Of a DNA stretch of 64,000 nucleotides, positions 13,394 through 25,951 are shown piece after piece (position 1 is the stretch's first letter; every line of letters starts with the position of its first letter). The DNA lies in NCBI GenBank assembly GCA_039096935.1, contig JBBPEE010000035.1, positions 930,001 through 994,000 on the forward strand. Reading direction: 5' to 3'. The notes below the pieces were generated by a model. The model ran no database searches. It was not told the origin of the DNA and saw only the letters and a list, made by a program, of their open reading frames with translations. A program made the position numbers and the translations under genes. The stretch comes from Blastocystis sp. ATCC 50177/Nand II. Its lineage: Eukaryota.

Positions 13394-13448
13394 CGGTTCT
13401 CCTTCCTCATCAAGGAAGTGATTGTCTTGCTTGTTTTCGTTACACGCG

Positions 13449-13566
13449 CATCATGAGAAGAAAAAAGATGTGTTTTCATAACAAGCCCATCATGAGAAGG
13501 AGAGTGAGGTATTCTCCCAGCAAACCCATCATGAGAAGGAAAGGTGAGCTGATTTCACAACAAACA
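13449..13566. repeat. Three imperfect 39-bp tandem units in the spacer between Rab-GDI and the Tim17-family gene
   Basis: catcatgagaag occurs at 13449, 13488 and 13527, an exact 39-bp period. Confidence 0.85.
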
Positions 13567-13569
13567 CAC

Positions 13570-15140
13570 TTAAGCAGACTCCTCCGTGGGAATGGTGAGA
13601 TCGAGATCGTGGCCGGTGATTCTCTTGTAGATGCTCAGCACGTCGTCAGCCACTGTCTCGAAATGGCTACGCCTCACACCTTCACACCTACACTCACCTC
13701 GTGGCATCGTAGGAGGTGGAGATGTAGCAGGAATCCTCCTTGCCGTCGGCGATAGGCTCGTACGTGTCGGACACCTCGTCGAAGCGCTCCAGTACGTCGC
13801 CCAGCAGATCGATGGCCGGAGCCAGCTCCGCCAGCGGGTCGGCGGTCTCCACGGTGGTGGAGGCAATCGCGATGTAGATGCCCTTGGCGCACACCGCGTG
13901 GTCGAAGGACACGCAGGACACGTAGATGTCTACGCCTCACGCCGTATGCAATATCATACCGGAGTTGCGCTTGGGGTATCCGGCGCGCTCCACCTGCTTG
14001 GTGGGGATGATGATCTGCGCGGACTTGGAGTCGCCCGTGCCGGCGATGGGGTGGTTCAGGAAGCAGATGGAGCGCACCACCTTGCCCGTCTCGCGCAGCA
14101 TGTCGTCGGGGAAGTACGACGGGTCGCCCACCACGAAGTCGCAGGAGGCCGCCTCGCCGTTGGACACCACGCCCTTGATGTGCCCGTCGTCGTCGAACAG
14201 CAGCTCGTCGGGGTTGCGGTCCAGCATGAACACGCCGCCCTTGATGGCGCACAGGCGCGAGAAGCCCTCGGGCAGCCCGCCCAGGCCGTACATCGGGTAC
14301 AGGAATGGCGAGGACCCGTACTGGTTCAGCGAGTGCCCGTACAGCTTCATCGCCTTCACCGTCTCCAGCGCCGGCTCGTCCAAGTAGTCGTCGTTCAGGC
14401 GCAGCGCCATCGCGTGGCCCGTGAACTCCTGGCAGTTCTCGTCCAGTCCGTACTTCTTGTACAGCTCGCGCATCGTCATGTGCATCAGCGGCACGTCCTT
14501 GTCCGCCGGCACGCCGCCCTCGCCCGGAATCTCCATCGGCAGCACGTTCGACAGGAAGCTGCGGTAGCGCATCTTCTGCATCAGCGACAACAGCGGCGTG
14601 CTCAGCGCCTCCTGCGTCGTCGCGGGCATCTACCGCTTATGGGTGGGGAAATCACGCACCTTGCTCACCGTCTTGTTCTTGCCGTTGAATACGTAGCTGC
14701 CCTCGATCTGCTTGAAGTCCAGGTAGTTCGTCACCTTCGTCAGCAGCAGCATGTTCACCAGATTGCCGCACGCCATCAAAAATTTCGGGATCAGGTCCAC
14801 GTTGGTGTCTCGGTTCTGGCCCAGCTTCGCAAACTCCTCCTGCGTGGGCTCTCGGTTCCTGAACTTCTTGAACAGGTTCTACAGCGTCATGCGCCATGCC
14901 GCAATCGCACCGTCAGATTGAGAGAGGCGCAGTCGCCACCGTAGTAGTCGTTGCGGTCGAGAACCAGCACCTACGCCGTAATGCGCAGGGATTCGGACAA
15001 ACCTTCTTGCCCTCCGTGGCGAGCAGTCCGGCGACAATGCACTCCTTCAGTCCGGTGCCGAGGATAATCGCGTCGTACTTGCCATCAGCGAGAGCGGGGT
15101 ACTCCGTTCCCAGAATCGTTACAGGCGGAATGGGCTCCAT
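13570..15140 (-). CDS. GDI1: Rab GDP-dissociation inhibitor
   Basis: [49 protein letters not shown]. Confidence 0.95.
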
Positions 15141-15313
15141 TGTGGAATTGAAAAGAACACAGAAATGGGTTGGATTGTGAAGATAGAGCGCGAATCATCC
15201 CAAGCGGACAGTGTGGGGCGCCTTGATCATCAAGGCGGTGGTCTGTTGATAAAGCGAGACGGCGTTTTCAGAATTCCTCAATCGGAGGCGACTACAGTTT
15301 CTTGTTCGGTTCA

Positions 15314-16615
15314 ATGCAGTTGGATTTGGGCTCGTACGCGTGACCAAATAGGGAAAATAGCAAGATTGAGTGGCCCACGGATGCCTCTCGCTACAAGCTG
15401 CAGGGAGTGATTGGAAAGGTGAACGCCGTGCGTTTCGGAGTAATGGCTAGGGAGCCTTTGCAAAGGTACACCAAGCGCTCTGCCTGGACAACAATATTAC
15501 CGTGGCCATCAAGATTTTGAAGTTGGAGGACCCGTCGATCAACCTGGAGGATATCCGCAAAGAAGTCCTCACGATGAAGCTTTGCGATAACGAGAACGTG
15601 TTGACCTGCTACTGCTGTTTCAACGTGGGCTCCACGCTGTGGATCGTCACGCCGCTCATGATAAAGGGATCCTTCTTGCGTATTCTCCAATATCTCGCCT
15701 CCCAGCACCTGATTCGCGACGGCCAGGGATTCCAGGTACCTTGGGTGCGAGCACCCGTCTCATGCATAGGAGGACATTGTGGCATATATCATCCGTGAAA
15801 CGGCGAAGGGTCTGAAATACCTGCACGAATCAAATCTGCTTCATCGGTCTCTCTTCTGTCCTCGCCTCATGGCTAGAGATGTGAAGGCCGGCAACATTCT
15901 CGTGGATGACAAGGGCAACGTCCGTCTCGGCGACCTTGGCGTGGCGCGTCTCCTCGAGGGCACCGTCAAGAACCAGGAGGCGAGCACCTTCGTGGGCACG
16001 CCATGCTGGATGGCTCCTGAGGTGATGAACCGTGATCAATACGACTCACGGGTGGTTCCAGTGGCGGTTTCTCACTCACAGGCAGACATCTGGTCGCTGG
16101 GCATCACGGCGCTGGAGCTGTTCAAAGGCGTGCCGCCCATGGCGAAGTTCGAGCCGATGGAGATCATCATTCGCACGCTGCAGGGCGATCCGCCTTCGTT
16201 CTCCTCCTACAGCGACAACTACCCGGTGAAGCCGTCGTCGGCGTTCGTGAGCTGGGTGAGTTCGGTGCTGAAGAAGGACCCGTCGCAGCGGTACACGGCG
16301 GAGAAGGTGCTGAGTCACCGTTGGATGTCGCTGGCGGACCAGGGCAAGGAGAGTTTGCTGGAGCTGCTGAAGACAGTGCCGGACCTGAAGGGACACGAGG
16401 AGCAGCAACAGGAAATGCCGGGGTGAGTGAGAGGAAGTGGGGTGAGGCGTAGGAAGGAGGTGCAGTATGTGAAGAATACGACGTGGAACTTCTCGCTGCC
16501 GTGAGGGAGAGGAGGCGGGGTGAGGCGTAGGAGCGCGACGAAGAAGGAGGGCTCGGACAACTCGTGGTTGGGGAAGTTCAATGATGTATCAGTAAAGGAG
16601 ACGGAAGTTCCCTAG
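15314..16615 (+). CDS. STE20-family kinase, OSR1/SPAK/Fray-like
   Basis: WPTDASRYKLQGVIGKG, VAIKI, HRDVKAGNIL, TFVGTPCWMAPEV, ADIWSLGITALEL. Confidence 0.88.
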
Positions 16616-16700
16616 TTCGTGTAGTCTATTGCTGGCTGTTTGTGACAAACACGATAATCCGGTAGACAATCAATAACGGTCGTCCAAAACAGCGGATCGC

Positions 16701-17766
16701 TTAAATGGGACGAGCCACAGGGATGTTACCACTGACTCCGCCCACCGCTCTGTGGAACAGCGACTTGCCGCACATGCACATGCCGATCACCACCTATGCC
16801 TCACACGCTCATCCCGCACGTACCAGCACGTCGATGGCGTACCACGCGGCACCGATCAGGAGGAGGATCACGCCCGTGATGTTCTGCTCGCTCGCCGACT
16901 GGCCAAAGCAGTCGTACTCCTTCGTCGTGGCGATGTATTTGTCGCTGCAGCCGCGCGTGAACTCCGAGGCGGCGATCACGGGGTCGAGGTTGGAGCGCAC
17001 CACCACGGGAATGGTGACAGGGCGCGTCTTGGTCTTGGTGTAGGCGGCGGCCTGGTAGGTGTTGGAGTAGTAGCAGCCGTCGCCGGTGTAGGACAGCTTC
17101 TCCTTGGCGGGAGAGTCCGCAGTCCACTTGTCGCCGTTCTTGGCGATGCGGAAGCAGATGTCGCTGATGGTGTAGAACACGTAGCAGTAGTTGTTGGACC
17201 ACTCACCGCCTCTGTCAAAACATCTGGACTGGCACTCGTTGTAGTCATCGGTGCAGCCCAGATTGCTGGCGGTGTAGGTCTTGTAGTACTGAACATCGAG
17301 AGTCTTTGAAACGATGCTGTTGCCGGCCATGTCCATCACTGTGACCATAATCTGCTGAACGTTGGGGGTGTAGAAATTGGCCATGTAGTATTGCGCAGGA
17401 GGGTAAAGGCAACCGTCCGCGGGGTCCTTCTTTTTGTCGCACTTATCGGCAACGGGGTAGTAGGGTCTGCTTTCAAAACTACCCGACGTAGCATTCTGGG
17501 GAACCTCATTCATGTACACAACGAACTGCTGATTCCTGAACTCCTCAAGTCCTCCGTCGATCCACTTCTTCGCCCGGACGTTGTACCTACGTATCATCCG
17601 AATCGGGCAGTATCTACTCGTTGATACGCTCAACGCGGGTGTTCTTGGAAATAAGCATGATGAAGCCGACCAGAATAAGGATCAGCGGGATGATGATCAT
17701 GCAGCAGATGCAGGTGCAGATGCGTCCGCAAATAGAATCGTTGTTTGAACCCTTTCCCTTGGCCAT
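16701..17766 (-). CDS. Uncharacterised two-TM protein with a Cys-rich loop (paralog of 42570..43651)
   Basis: N-terminal TM (ICCMIIIPLILILVGFIML), Cys-rich middle and C-terminal TM (GVILLLIGAAWYAIDVL). Confidence 0.8.
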
Positions 17767-18114
17767 TGTGCAGTTAACAAAAATTAAAGTGTGGATGGAT
17801 GGATCGACAGATACGTTGTTGCAAAGACCTGTGCATGTCGAACTGATTACTGCCATATCTGTCACTGTGTGACGTACTTGGAGGTTTTGGAGGAGAATTC
17901 GCTGAAGTGAAACGTGTGGTGGAGAATAACGACCTGTCCGATGGTATGGATTTGATAGGCTACGTCGATTGGATGCTGATTACCCTCTTTTAGCAAGATT
18001 CTGGTGGTACGCTATTACCCTGGAATCGGATGAGAAAAACAGTGCACGATCACCATCCTGTCGTATCCATTCCACGGACCGGTTATTTGAGCCCATTGAC
18101 ACAAAACAAACAGA

Positions 18115-19857
18115 TCATGCCATAAAAGACTTGTACTTTTCAGAAAAGGCCTCCTCTTCCTTGGACTTGCCCCGCTCCGACAACAGACGCTTGATGGATT
18201 GGCAGAGCTCCGGTGTCGGCTTCACCTACGCGTTACAACATTCGTCCAAACGCACTTTGCCCTCCTTCACCAGGTCGTCTAGGAATGCAATTCCATTCTC
18301 TGGATTGCTCTCCACCATTCCGTATGTCAGGTACAAGAACAGGTCCGATTTCAAATAGCGGTCCAGCATCGAAAAGGCGTTATACATCGCCACAAGGGAA
18401 TTCGACGATCCATACGATTTCTTCAACTACTCGTCATCTCCACACGTCATTTCCACCCTTTCGACAAGGGCGCCAATCTCCCGATCTTGACTCACCTTCA
18501 CTTGTCCTCGACGCGATCGATGGTGATTCTTGAGGAACACCTCGTCTGTGTAAAGCAGCACTCCGTGGATGCAGTTCGCTGACTGCGACACTTCTGCCCA
18601 CTGCAGAATCTCCAGCATGTCCTGCGATGGGAGGCAAATCTGCAAATCGATGATGCGCTTCCACGTAGACACCGAGATTTGCATGGCGGGATGTGTGGCA
18701 ATCTACAGATCAGACGAAAGGCTTATCATTACAAATCGCAGCAACACTGCCAATTCAATCATGCGATTCCGCTCTGAGTGCTTCATTTCGTCCAAATAGT
18801 CCTCCAAGTTCGAGGGACTCGATTCCCTCTCCTCCAGCCAGCATTCGCTCCATAATCGCGTAAACACGTCGTCACTCTTCGGCACATCGAACACATAGCC
18901 AGATCGCATGAGTGTGTGGATGCAGCGCTTCAGCCGCGAGGTCTCGGAATCATCAATCGCGATTCCTCGTTTCTGCATCTCGCAGTACAAGCACAGCATA
19001 CCCTGCGGGTTCTGCTGCTCGGAACACTTCGTCATTTCGCGCGATAGAATCACATTGAGCAAATCCTTGTCCCCCTTTTGGAAGCGCGTTTGGTTGATGA
19101 GTTGCACCGACAGTGAAGGAGAACGCGTTTCGAGGGCATTGAGAAGGATGCTGAGAACAGGGAGCGAAAGGAAGCGATTCTGACTCTTCATCTTGCTTAC
19201 GATGTGCACGCACAGAGAATCGTATTCGGGATGGGTTGTCAGGGTACGGAGGATATCCTCATACTGGATGGCCGTGATTTCTGAATTCTCGCTGAACAGC
19301 CCATAGGTGAAGCTGATTACCTTCTGATGCGCATCGCAGACACGGTAGGCGTGAAGAAGCGCGTCGACCAAGGACATGCGTTGGCCATTCTTCTTCACGG
19401 CCGCCTCGTAGAGCATCGTTACGAGATGACTGTCTCCAATCCTTCCAGCGGTAATAATCACGCACTCGTATGCGTAGCTCGAAATGTAGTACTTTGACTG
19501 CGCGAAGAAGTCCAAGAGCTTTAGAATGTCTGAAGATTTGTAACAGCAGTTCAGCATATTCATGATGTTGATGTCCACCACATTCCCCGGAACGTAGGGG
19601 AGAATCGCAAAGATTTCGTTTATCGATCCGCTGCGCAATGCCTTTGAGAAGCGCACGGCCGCCACATCCGAATCCGTAACGGAGCTGGCTTCGGAGGATA
19701 GACAGCGAGAAACGGGGTGTGCACTTCCTACAGATGGATTGCATAGAATCTACTTGTGATTCCACTGCCATTCTTCCACCCTCGCACTTCGCGACTCAAT
19801 AGAAGGAACGAGTCTTCGTATGGATTGAACAGCGCGAGAAGAAGCTCTGCTAATCAT
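18115..19857 (-). CDS. Helical-repeat (PPR-like) protein, probably targeted to the mitochondrion-related organelle
   Basis: Arg/Ser-rich N-terminus MISRASSRAVQSIRR. PPR-like helices AYECVIITAGRIGD, LYCEMQKRGIAID and AMYNAFSM. Confidence 0.6.
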
Positions 19858-19914
19858 AGCGCAGGAATCCTTCTGGCAGGCAAATCATTGAGTGAGAGAA
19901 CAAACAGAGTGGCG

Positions 19915-21213
19915 TTAGTGTCTCCTTGAATGGCTACGATGGTGGCGAGAGCGACTCCGCGAGTGACTACGATGGTGGCGAGAACGGCTGCGAGAGCGAC
20001 TCTGCGAATGGTGATGATGACGATGTGACCGTCTTTCTACCCCTCAACACCCCATTTCGCACCCACCTCTATCACCGCTACCTAGTGCCATCATCCGCTC
20101 TCCCCTCCGTCTGCGATTCCACAACTTGGACACCGATTGACTGAAATCCACCTTGATGCGCCGATCATCGATCAACACGTTGTTCATCTTGTAGTACGCA
20201 TCCACTGCACCCTGCTCCGTCTCAAACTCGATGAAGGCATATCCGAGTGAATTGCCCGTCTCGTGATCTCGAATGATCTCACAGCTCTTCACTCCAAAGC
20301 GGAAGAAAATCATGCGCAAATCCTCATCCTCCGTAATTGGATTCAGCTGGCATACGAACAGCACATTCTCGGGAGGTTTCACATCCGCATCGGGAAGATC
20401 GCCCAGCATTTCCAGCACGACTGCATGGCTCTGCGCCTCCAGCCTCTTCTTCTCCTTCTCGATCTCCTCCGCCGACTTGCCTTCGTTCTTGTCCTTTAGA
20501 TCCTCCTTCGTCAGACCACGGGGTACCACCTCCTCCTTCGGCACGCTTCTCTCGGGAGAGCGGTCGGGAACAACCAATCCCTGCGGATCGTCGTACGGAT
20601 CGTCGATGATGTACGTGTGAAGGATTCGGATGTCCACATAGGGCCTGTACTTTTCATTGCAGAATGCCTATTGTGTGAGGGTAGTCGAAATGGATAACGT
20701 CGTTGATCTTCTCCAACACATCCAACCCCTCCACCACTTGGCCGAAGATCGTGTGCTTCTTATCTAGATAGTCTATGTTGTCTCGCAGGGTGATGTAGAA
20801 CTGAGAACCGTTCATGTTCTCCTTCTTGTTTGCCATTGCCACTGTGCCCATCTAATTCTCATCACTACATAATGGAATTGCCTTTGCATGCTTCTTGGAC
20901 CGATCAATCTCGTCTTTGAAGAAACGCTTCTCTGGGCCGTCGCTATCCATCAACAAATATAACAATGATTACATCAATCCAAACACGGATGATCCACCCT
21001 TTCCCGTTCCTAAACGATGAGAAGAAGACGCATTTCCCCACCGGTTGGGTCTCCCGTCTGGGCAATGAAGTTCTGCTGAACGTTGAAGAACAGACAGTTG
21101 TTGTAGTACTTTATCTTGCACAACTTCAGGAAGTTCAAACATGTCGTGGGGCAGGAGTCCGTCAGCAGGTCCACCGTCATCGCTCCCTCCGTCGTTTCGA
21201 TAATCACACTCAT
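19915..21213 (-). CDS. PPIL4: Cyclophilin-RRM protein (PPIL4/CYP59)
   Basis: [34 protein letters not shown] ([12 protein letters not shown]...[15 protein letters not shown]) and an RS/H-rich tail. Confidence 0.92.
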
Positions 21214-21320
21214 CGCGGAAAACCGATTGTTTTGTATCCCAAGCGGATAGTGGTTCATCCCCGCTTGATGATCAAGGCCTTTGCGTACCATTCTCTTTCT
21301 CTGTTTGGCGTTGGTGTGCC

Positions 21321-22164
21321 ATGCTGCCTAGCATTGCTTCCGTTTTCAATACTGAAACGCTTTCCATCTATGGGCTGATCTTGCTTGTTAGCTGTTATGG
21401 TGTCATCAAGCCCATGTATATCATCACTCAGGGATATGGATTCTCCATGTCTGCAGTTGGTGCTTCCGTTGCACTCCTTCTTTCCCGTTATGTCAACCTG
21501 AATGGCTTCTCATTCTCCTCCGTTGTGCTGTTCCTGCAATCAATCGTACTCGTGGCCTACGGACTGCGTCTGGCATCGTTTCTATGGGAACGAAGGAAGA
21601 AGGAATCCTACACACGGAATCAGCACGGCTCTTTCGGTTCCCGTGTTGGCTTCGCCTATATGATTCCCCTGTTGTTGATGGTAACCTTCCTGTATTTCTG
21701 CTACGGTTTGCCCGTTTTGGTGGGTTATCGCGCTCTCGTCAACGGTTATCATTTCAGCTCTGTTGTACATCTCGTGGGCACTCTCGTCATGGTTGTTGGT
21801 CTCCTAACGGAGAGTACTGCCGATTCTCAGAAGAGTCGGAGCAAGCTGGAGAAACCCGATCGTTTCTGTGATACGGGAGTCTATCGCTACTGCAGAATGC
21901 CCAACTACTTTGGCGAATTGCTCCATTGGACTGGATGCACGTTGTCTTGCATCGGCGATGACATGAGCATTCTCCAACTCGGGCTATGTCTCTTTGGCAT
22001 CATCTGTTCCTACAACCTGATGCTCTCTGCCGCGAAGAGACTCGACAAGAGTCAGTTTGATCGTTACCATGGTGATGTCCAGTACATGCAGTATCGAAAG
22101 GAAGTCCCCGTGCTGTTTCCCTTCACTCGCTGGTATTCGATGATTGACGTTGAGAAGGCGGAGT
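21321..22164 (+). CDS. DUF1295 / steroid 5-alpha-reductase-like membrane protein, copy 1 (intronless)
   Basis: [31 protein letters not shown]. Stop probably made by poly(A) at 22164; the genomic stop is at 22187. Confidence 0.88.
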
Positions 22165-22388
22165 ATTCTGTTTGTTCAACAGTATAGTAAATGGAGAAGG
22201 CTTCTGAGTGTATTGAATCCGATATGGACTGATTCTTCACTTCCTGCTCACCAGCGACTGCCCATCACACCCCATTCCTCTTCATCCTCTTTATTGGCTG
22301 TTCTACTGAGAGGTAGCTTCTCTTCCTCAATTCCCCTCTATTGTGGTAATGAAACGCCCGCATCTCCTATTTCCGAATAGACACCGCC

Positions 22389-23232
22389 ATGTTGAATAGC
22401 TATTCCTCGGTTGTGAATTTGGAGACAATCGTCATCCAAGTTCTGATTCTGTTTGTTAGCAGCTACGGAATCATCAAGCCCAACTTTGTCATCGCTCAGG
22501 GATATGGTCTTTCCATTGTTGTGTTTGGTGCTACCCTTATTGTTCTTCTCCTTCGCTATGCCTTCACGAAGGGCATGTCTCATGCTGTGACCGTTCTGAT
22601 CGCCGAATCCCTTTTGCTACTGGCTTATGGCTTCCGTCTTGCTTCCTTTATTGGTAATAGAAACAAGAAGGACTTCTACATCAAGAACCGTCAGGGAGCC
22701 TTCAACAAACCTGTGAGTCTTCTGGTAACCATTCCTCTCTGGACCGTCGTTTCCTTCTTGTATTTGTGCTATGGTTTGCCTGCTTTGATCGGTTATCGCG
22801 CTCTGGTCAACGGATACCGTTTCAATGTCGTCCTCCATCTTGTGGGAACGCTTGTCATGCTTTTCGGCCTTGTGATTGAGAGTGTCGCCGATTCGCAGAA
22901 GAGCCAGAGCAAGCAGGAGAAGCCCAACCGTTTCTGCGACTGTGGACTGTATCGCTACTGCAGAATGCCCAACTACTTTGGCGAATTGGTCTACTGGACG
23001 GGCTGCGTGTTGTCCTGCATTGGGGACGAGATGAGCGCCCTCCAGATCGGATTCTGTCTCTTCGGCATCGTTTGCGCCTACTACATCATGCTCCATTCGG
23101 CTACTGCTTTGGACAAGCGACAGTTTGACAACTACCACAGTGATAGCGAGTACATGAAGTACCGCTGCGAAGTGCCCGTTCTCTTCCCCTTTTCTCATTG
23201 GTACTCGATGATCAAGGTCGACAAGATGGACT
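22389..23232 (+). CDS. DUF1295 / steroid 5-alpha-reductase-like membrane protein, copy 2 (tandem duplicate)
   Basis: [31 protein letters not shown]. Stop probably made by poly(A) at 23232; the genomic stop is at 23246. Confidence 0.88.
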
Positions 23233-23346
23233 GCTGTCTTTGTTAAACAATCTCGGGGTGTTGCCTCTTTGTAGCGTAGACTTGCTTTCGTCCATTACTT
23301 CTCCAGTCAGTTAACACCACTTCTTCCATATTCTATTCTTTCTGTA

Positions 23347-25741
23347 ATGAAGTCACCCACTTCATATGAATATAACGTCATCCAAACGGTTATAACACTG
23401 TAAAGGCTGGATTGAGGCGATTACTTGTAGAGAAGGAGTTACAACCTACAAAGCACTGGAAAAGAGCAGTGATAGAATGGTAGTGATGAAAGTGATAAAA
23501 AAGGACAAAGAGAATGCTGAATTCCGCACTACACTCAAGGAACTCGAAGCGTTGGATTCTCCCTATCTGGTGAGATACATGAAATGTTCTGAAGATAAAA
23601 ATGGGTTTACTGTTTGAAAGCGGGTTGTAGGTAATGGATTAGATTGTGATGGAGAATTGTGCATTGGAATCATTCAGTGAATACATGGATGTGAATGATA
23701 GGCTGAATGAAGATGAATTGCGCGCGATTGCGAGTTGCTGTCTGTTGGGTCTCGATTTCCTTCATTCGCAACACATCATGCATGGAGTAGTTGGGCAGTG
23801 AAAGGATAAGTGCATAGAGCATCAGACCATCGAATCTGTTCTTTGGTGAAGATGGAATGGTGAAGCTGAGTGATTATGGATTAGTCAAAGCAGGGTATTC
23901 ACGTGAGAATACAGAAGCAGTATTATATGATGCGCCCGAAGCATTCAAGGAACAGAGGGAATTGAAGAGTGATGTGTGGTCCCTTGGCATTACACTGGTT
24001 GAATTGGGCAAAGGAGAGAATCCTTTTGAGGGTATTGATGCGAGTGACATAAGAGAATGCGTTTGCGACGATGATCCTCCTTCTCTTTCAAACGAGAAAT
24101 GGTCTGCTGAGTGTGTGGATTTCGTTGCGAAGTGTCTGGTGAAGGATGTGAAGGAGCGATGGGATGCGAGTGAGTTGATGGAAGTGAGTAGTTGCATTTG
24201 TGGTTGATGAGTAGCACCCGTTTGTGAAGGAATTCATACAAAGGATTCAACAAGATAGTTATTCTGAATCCCTCCTTGAGTTGGTGAAAAGATGGAGAAT
24301 CGAGAGATTGAGTATCGAGTATTTGAACAGTTACAGAGATCAAGCCTTTTTCACACTGTTCAATCGCAACGGATTGTGCTGGTATCATGAAGGGGTTATT
24401 GAGAAGACACCTTCTGTTGTAATGGAATTGAGCAGGAATGGAGTGATTGAAGTGGATGTTGAATCGCATGAGTTGCTGCGAGTGAATGAAGAGGAGGTGA
24501 GTGGCATTGAGCACAAGAAGGTGTTGGATTTGAGTGATGATGGAGAGCGCTGGGAAGGCGATGTGCTCAACAACCAACCCTATGGTTGGGGCGTGGTGTA
24601 TGACAGTGAGGGCGAGAAGAAGTATGAAGGGTTCATGATTGGCGAAGTGAATGTGTGTTACGGCACTCAATACTACTCGGACATCCAGAAGGTGGAGTAC
24701 GAAGGTGAATGGTGTGAAGGAAAGCGATGGGGACGAGGTGTTCAATTTGATCGGGCAGGAAACAAAGTGTACGATGGAGAGTGGATGAATGATGAACAAC
24801 CAAGCAAGCGAGTGGTACTGACTGAAGAGAATCAACTCCTTCACAACCGCGTTGAAGAACTGATCGTGAATAACGACTGTTGTAATGGAAGAGAATGGAG
24901 GCTCTTCGATTTCTCCATCCTACTCAACTTGAGAGAATTGAGAGTGGGAAACTATTGTTTCAAGAATGTGGAGGAAGTGAAGTTAATTGGACTGAATCAG
25001 TTGGAGAGAGTGGTGATTGGAGGGTGCAGTTTCACAAAGAGTGAGGTTCGCGAAAGTGCGGATCCAGATCATCATTTCTATTTGAAGAATTGTGAGAAGT
25101 TGAGAGAATTGAAGATTGGTTACTATTCTTTCTATGATTATTCCGTGTGCGAGATTGAGAATCTCCCTTCTTTGGAAGTGATTGAGATGGGAGAATGGGA
25201 TGGTTATTGCTACAACTTCGCTTATGCTTCATTGGAATTGAAGAGTGACTCTGAAGGAATGAACTGATGAATAGACTTGTCCAGTTTGAAATCGCTTCTG
25301 TTTAGTGATCATACATTCCAGTATTGTTCTCGTGTTGTGTTTGAGAGTGATTCTATCAGAGAGAGAATAATGAATAGATCTTCCTGAGTTGATTTCCATT
25401 CGACTGGGTTATGAGGCTTTCTGTTTCAAGGAGGAGGATGACTCGAGTGAATTGATCATGCGAAGTGGTGATGATGAAAAGAGTTGATAAGTAGACTTGC
25501 CCAAACTCACAACAATCACGACTGATGAAGGGAGTGAAACATTCGAGAATCCCCGTCACATCACACTGGAGGGTACTGCCTATCACTCTCACATCACAAA
25601 CAGGCATGCCCTCTCTCACTACTGTTACTCTTGTCACAGCATATGCTTTCTACAGCAAGAAAACCATTCACACCAAGAGTTCCTCTTCCTCCTCCCCCTC
25701 ATTCCTAGACATCTCTCCCGCTCTCCAACAGTATTTCTGGT
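23347..25741 (+). CDS. Pseudokinase plus MORN repeats plus BspA-like LRR protein
   Basis: Kinase fold with HGSIRPSN, SDYG, YDAPE and SDVWSLG; MORN block within 24224..25267; DLP-type LRR exons. Ends in T|ATAT|TGTTTCTT. Confidence 0.8.
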
Positions 25742-25951
25742 ATATTGTTTCTTCCACACGCAATTCAACACCATTACCCATTCCCATTTCACAATCCTCA
25801 ATCTCCCTCCTTTTTCCAACAAACATGTCAAACCCATCATTACAATACAAACATACACACTCCAACGCCGCCGCACCACTTCAAAGCCACTTGGAGGGAA
25901 AACTCGTGCAGCCAATCAAAAGACTCCCTCCTATCTCCAACTACAGTAGAA

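Noticed and set aside
13449..13566. CRISPR-like look (constant 12-mer with variable spacers)
   Set aside because: The context is eukaryotic, there are only three units, the spacers resemble each other and there are no cas genes. It is a tandem duplication.
13631..14944. 437-aa plus-strand ORF
   Set aside because: It is the antisense shadow of Rab-GDI.
15549..15560. Other ATATCC matches (e.g. 15551, 19253, 55199) as U12 donors
   Set aside because: They lie in uninterrupted coding frames and have no downstream branch motif.
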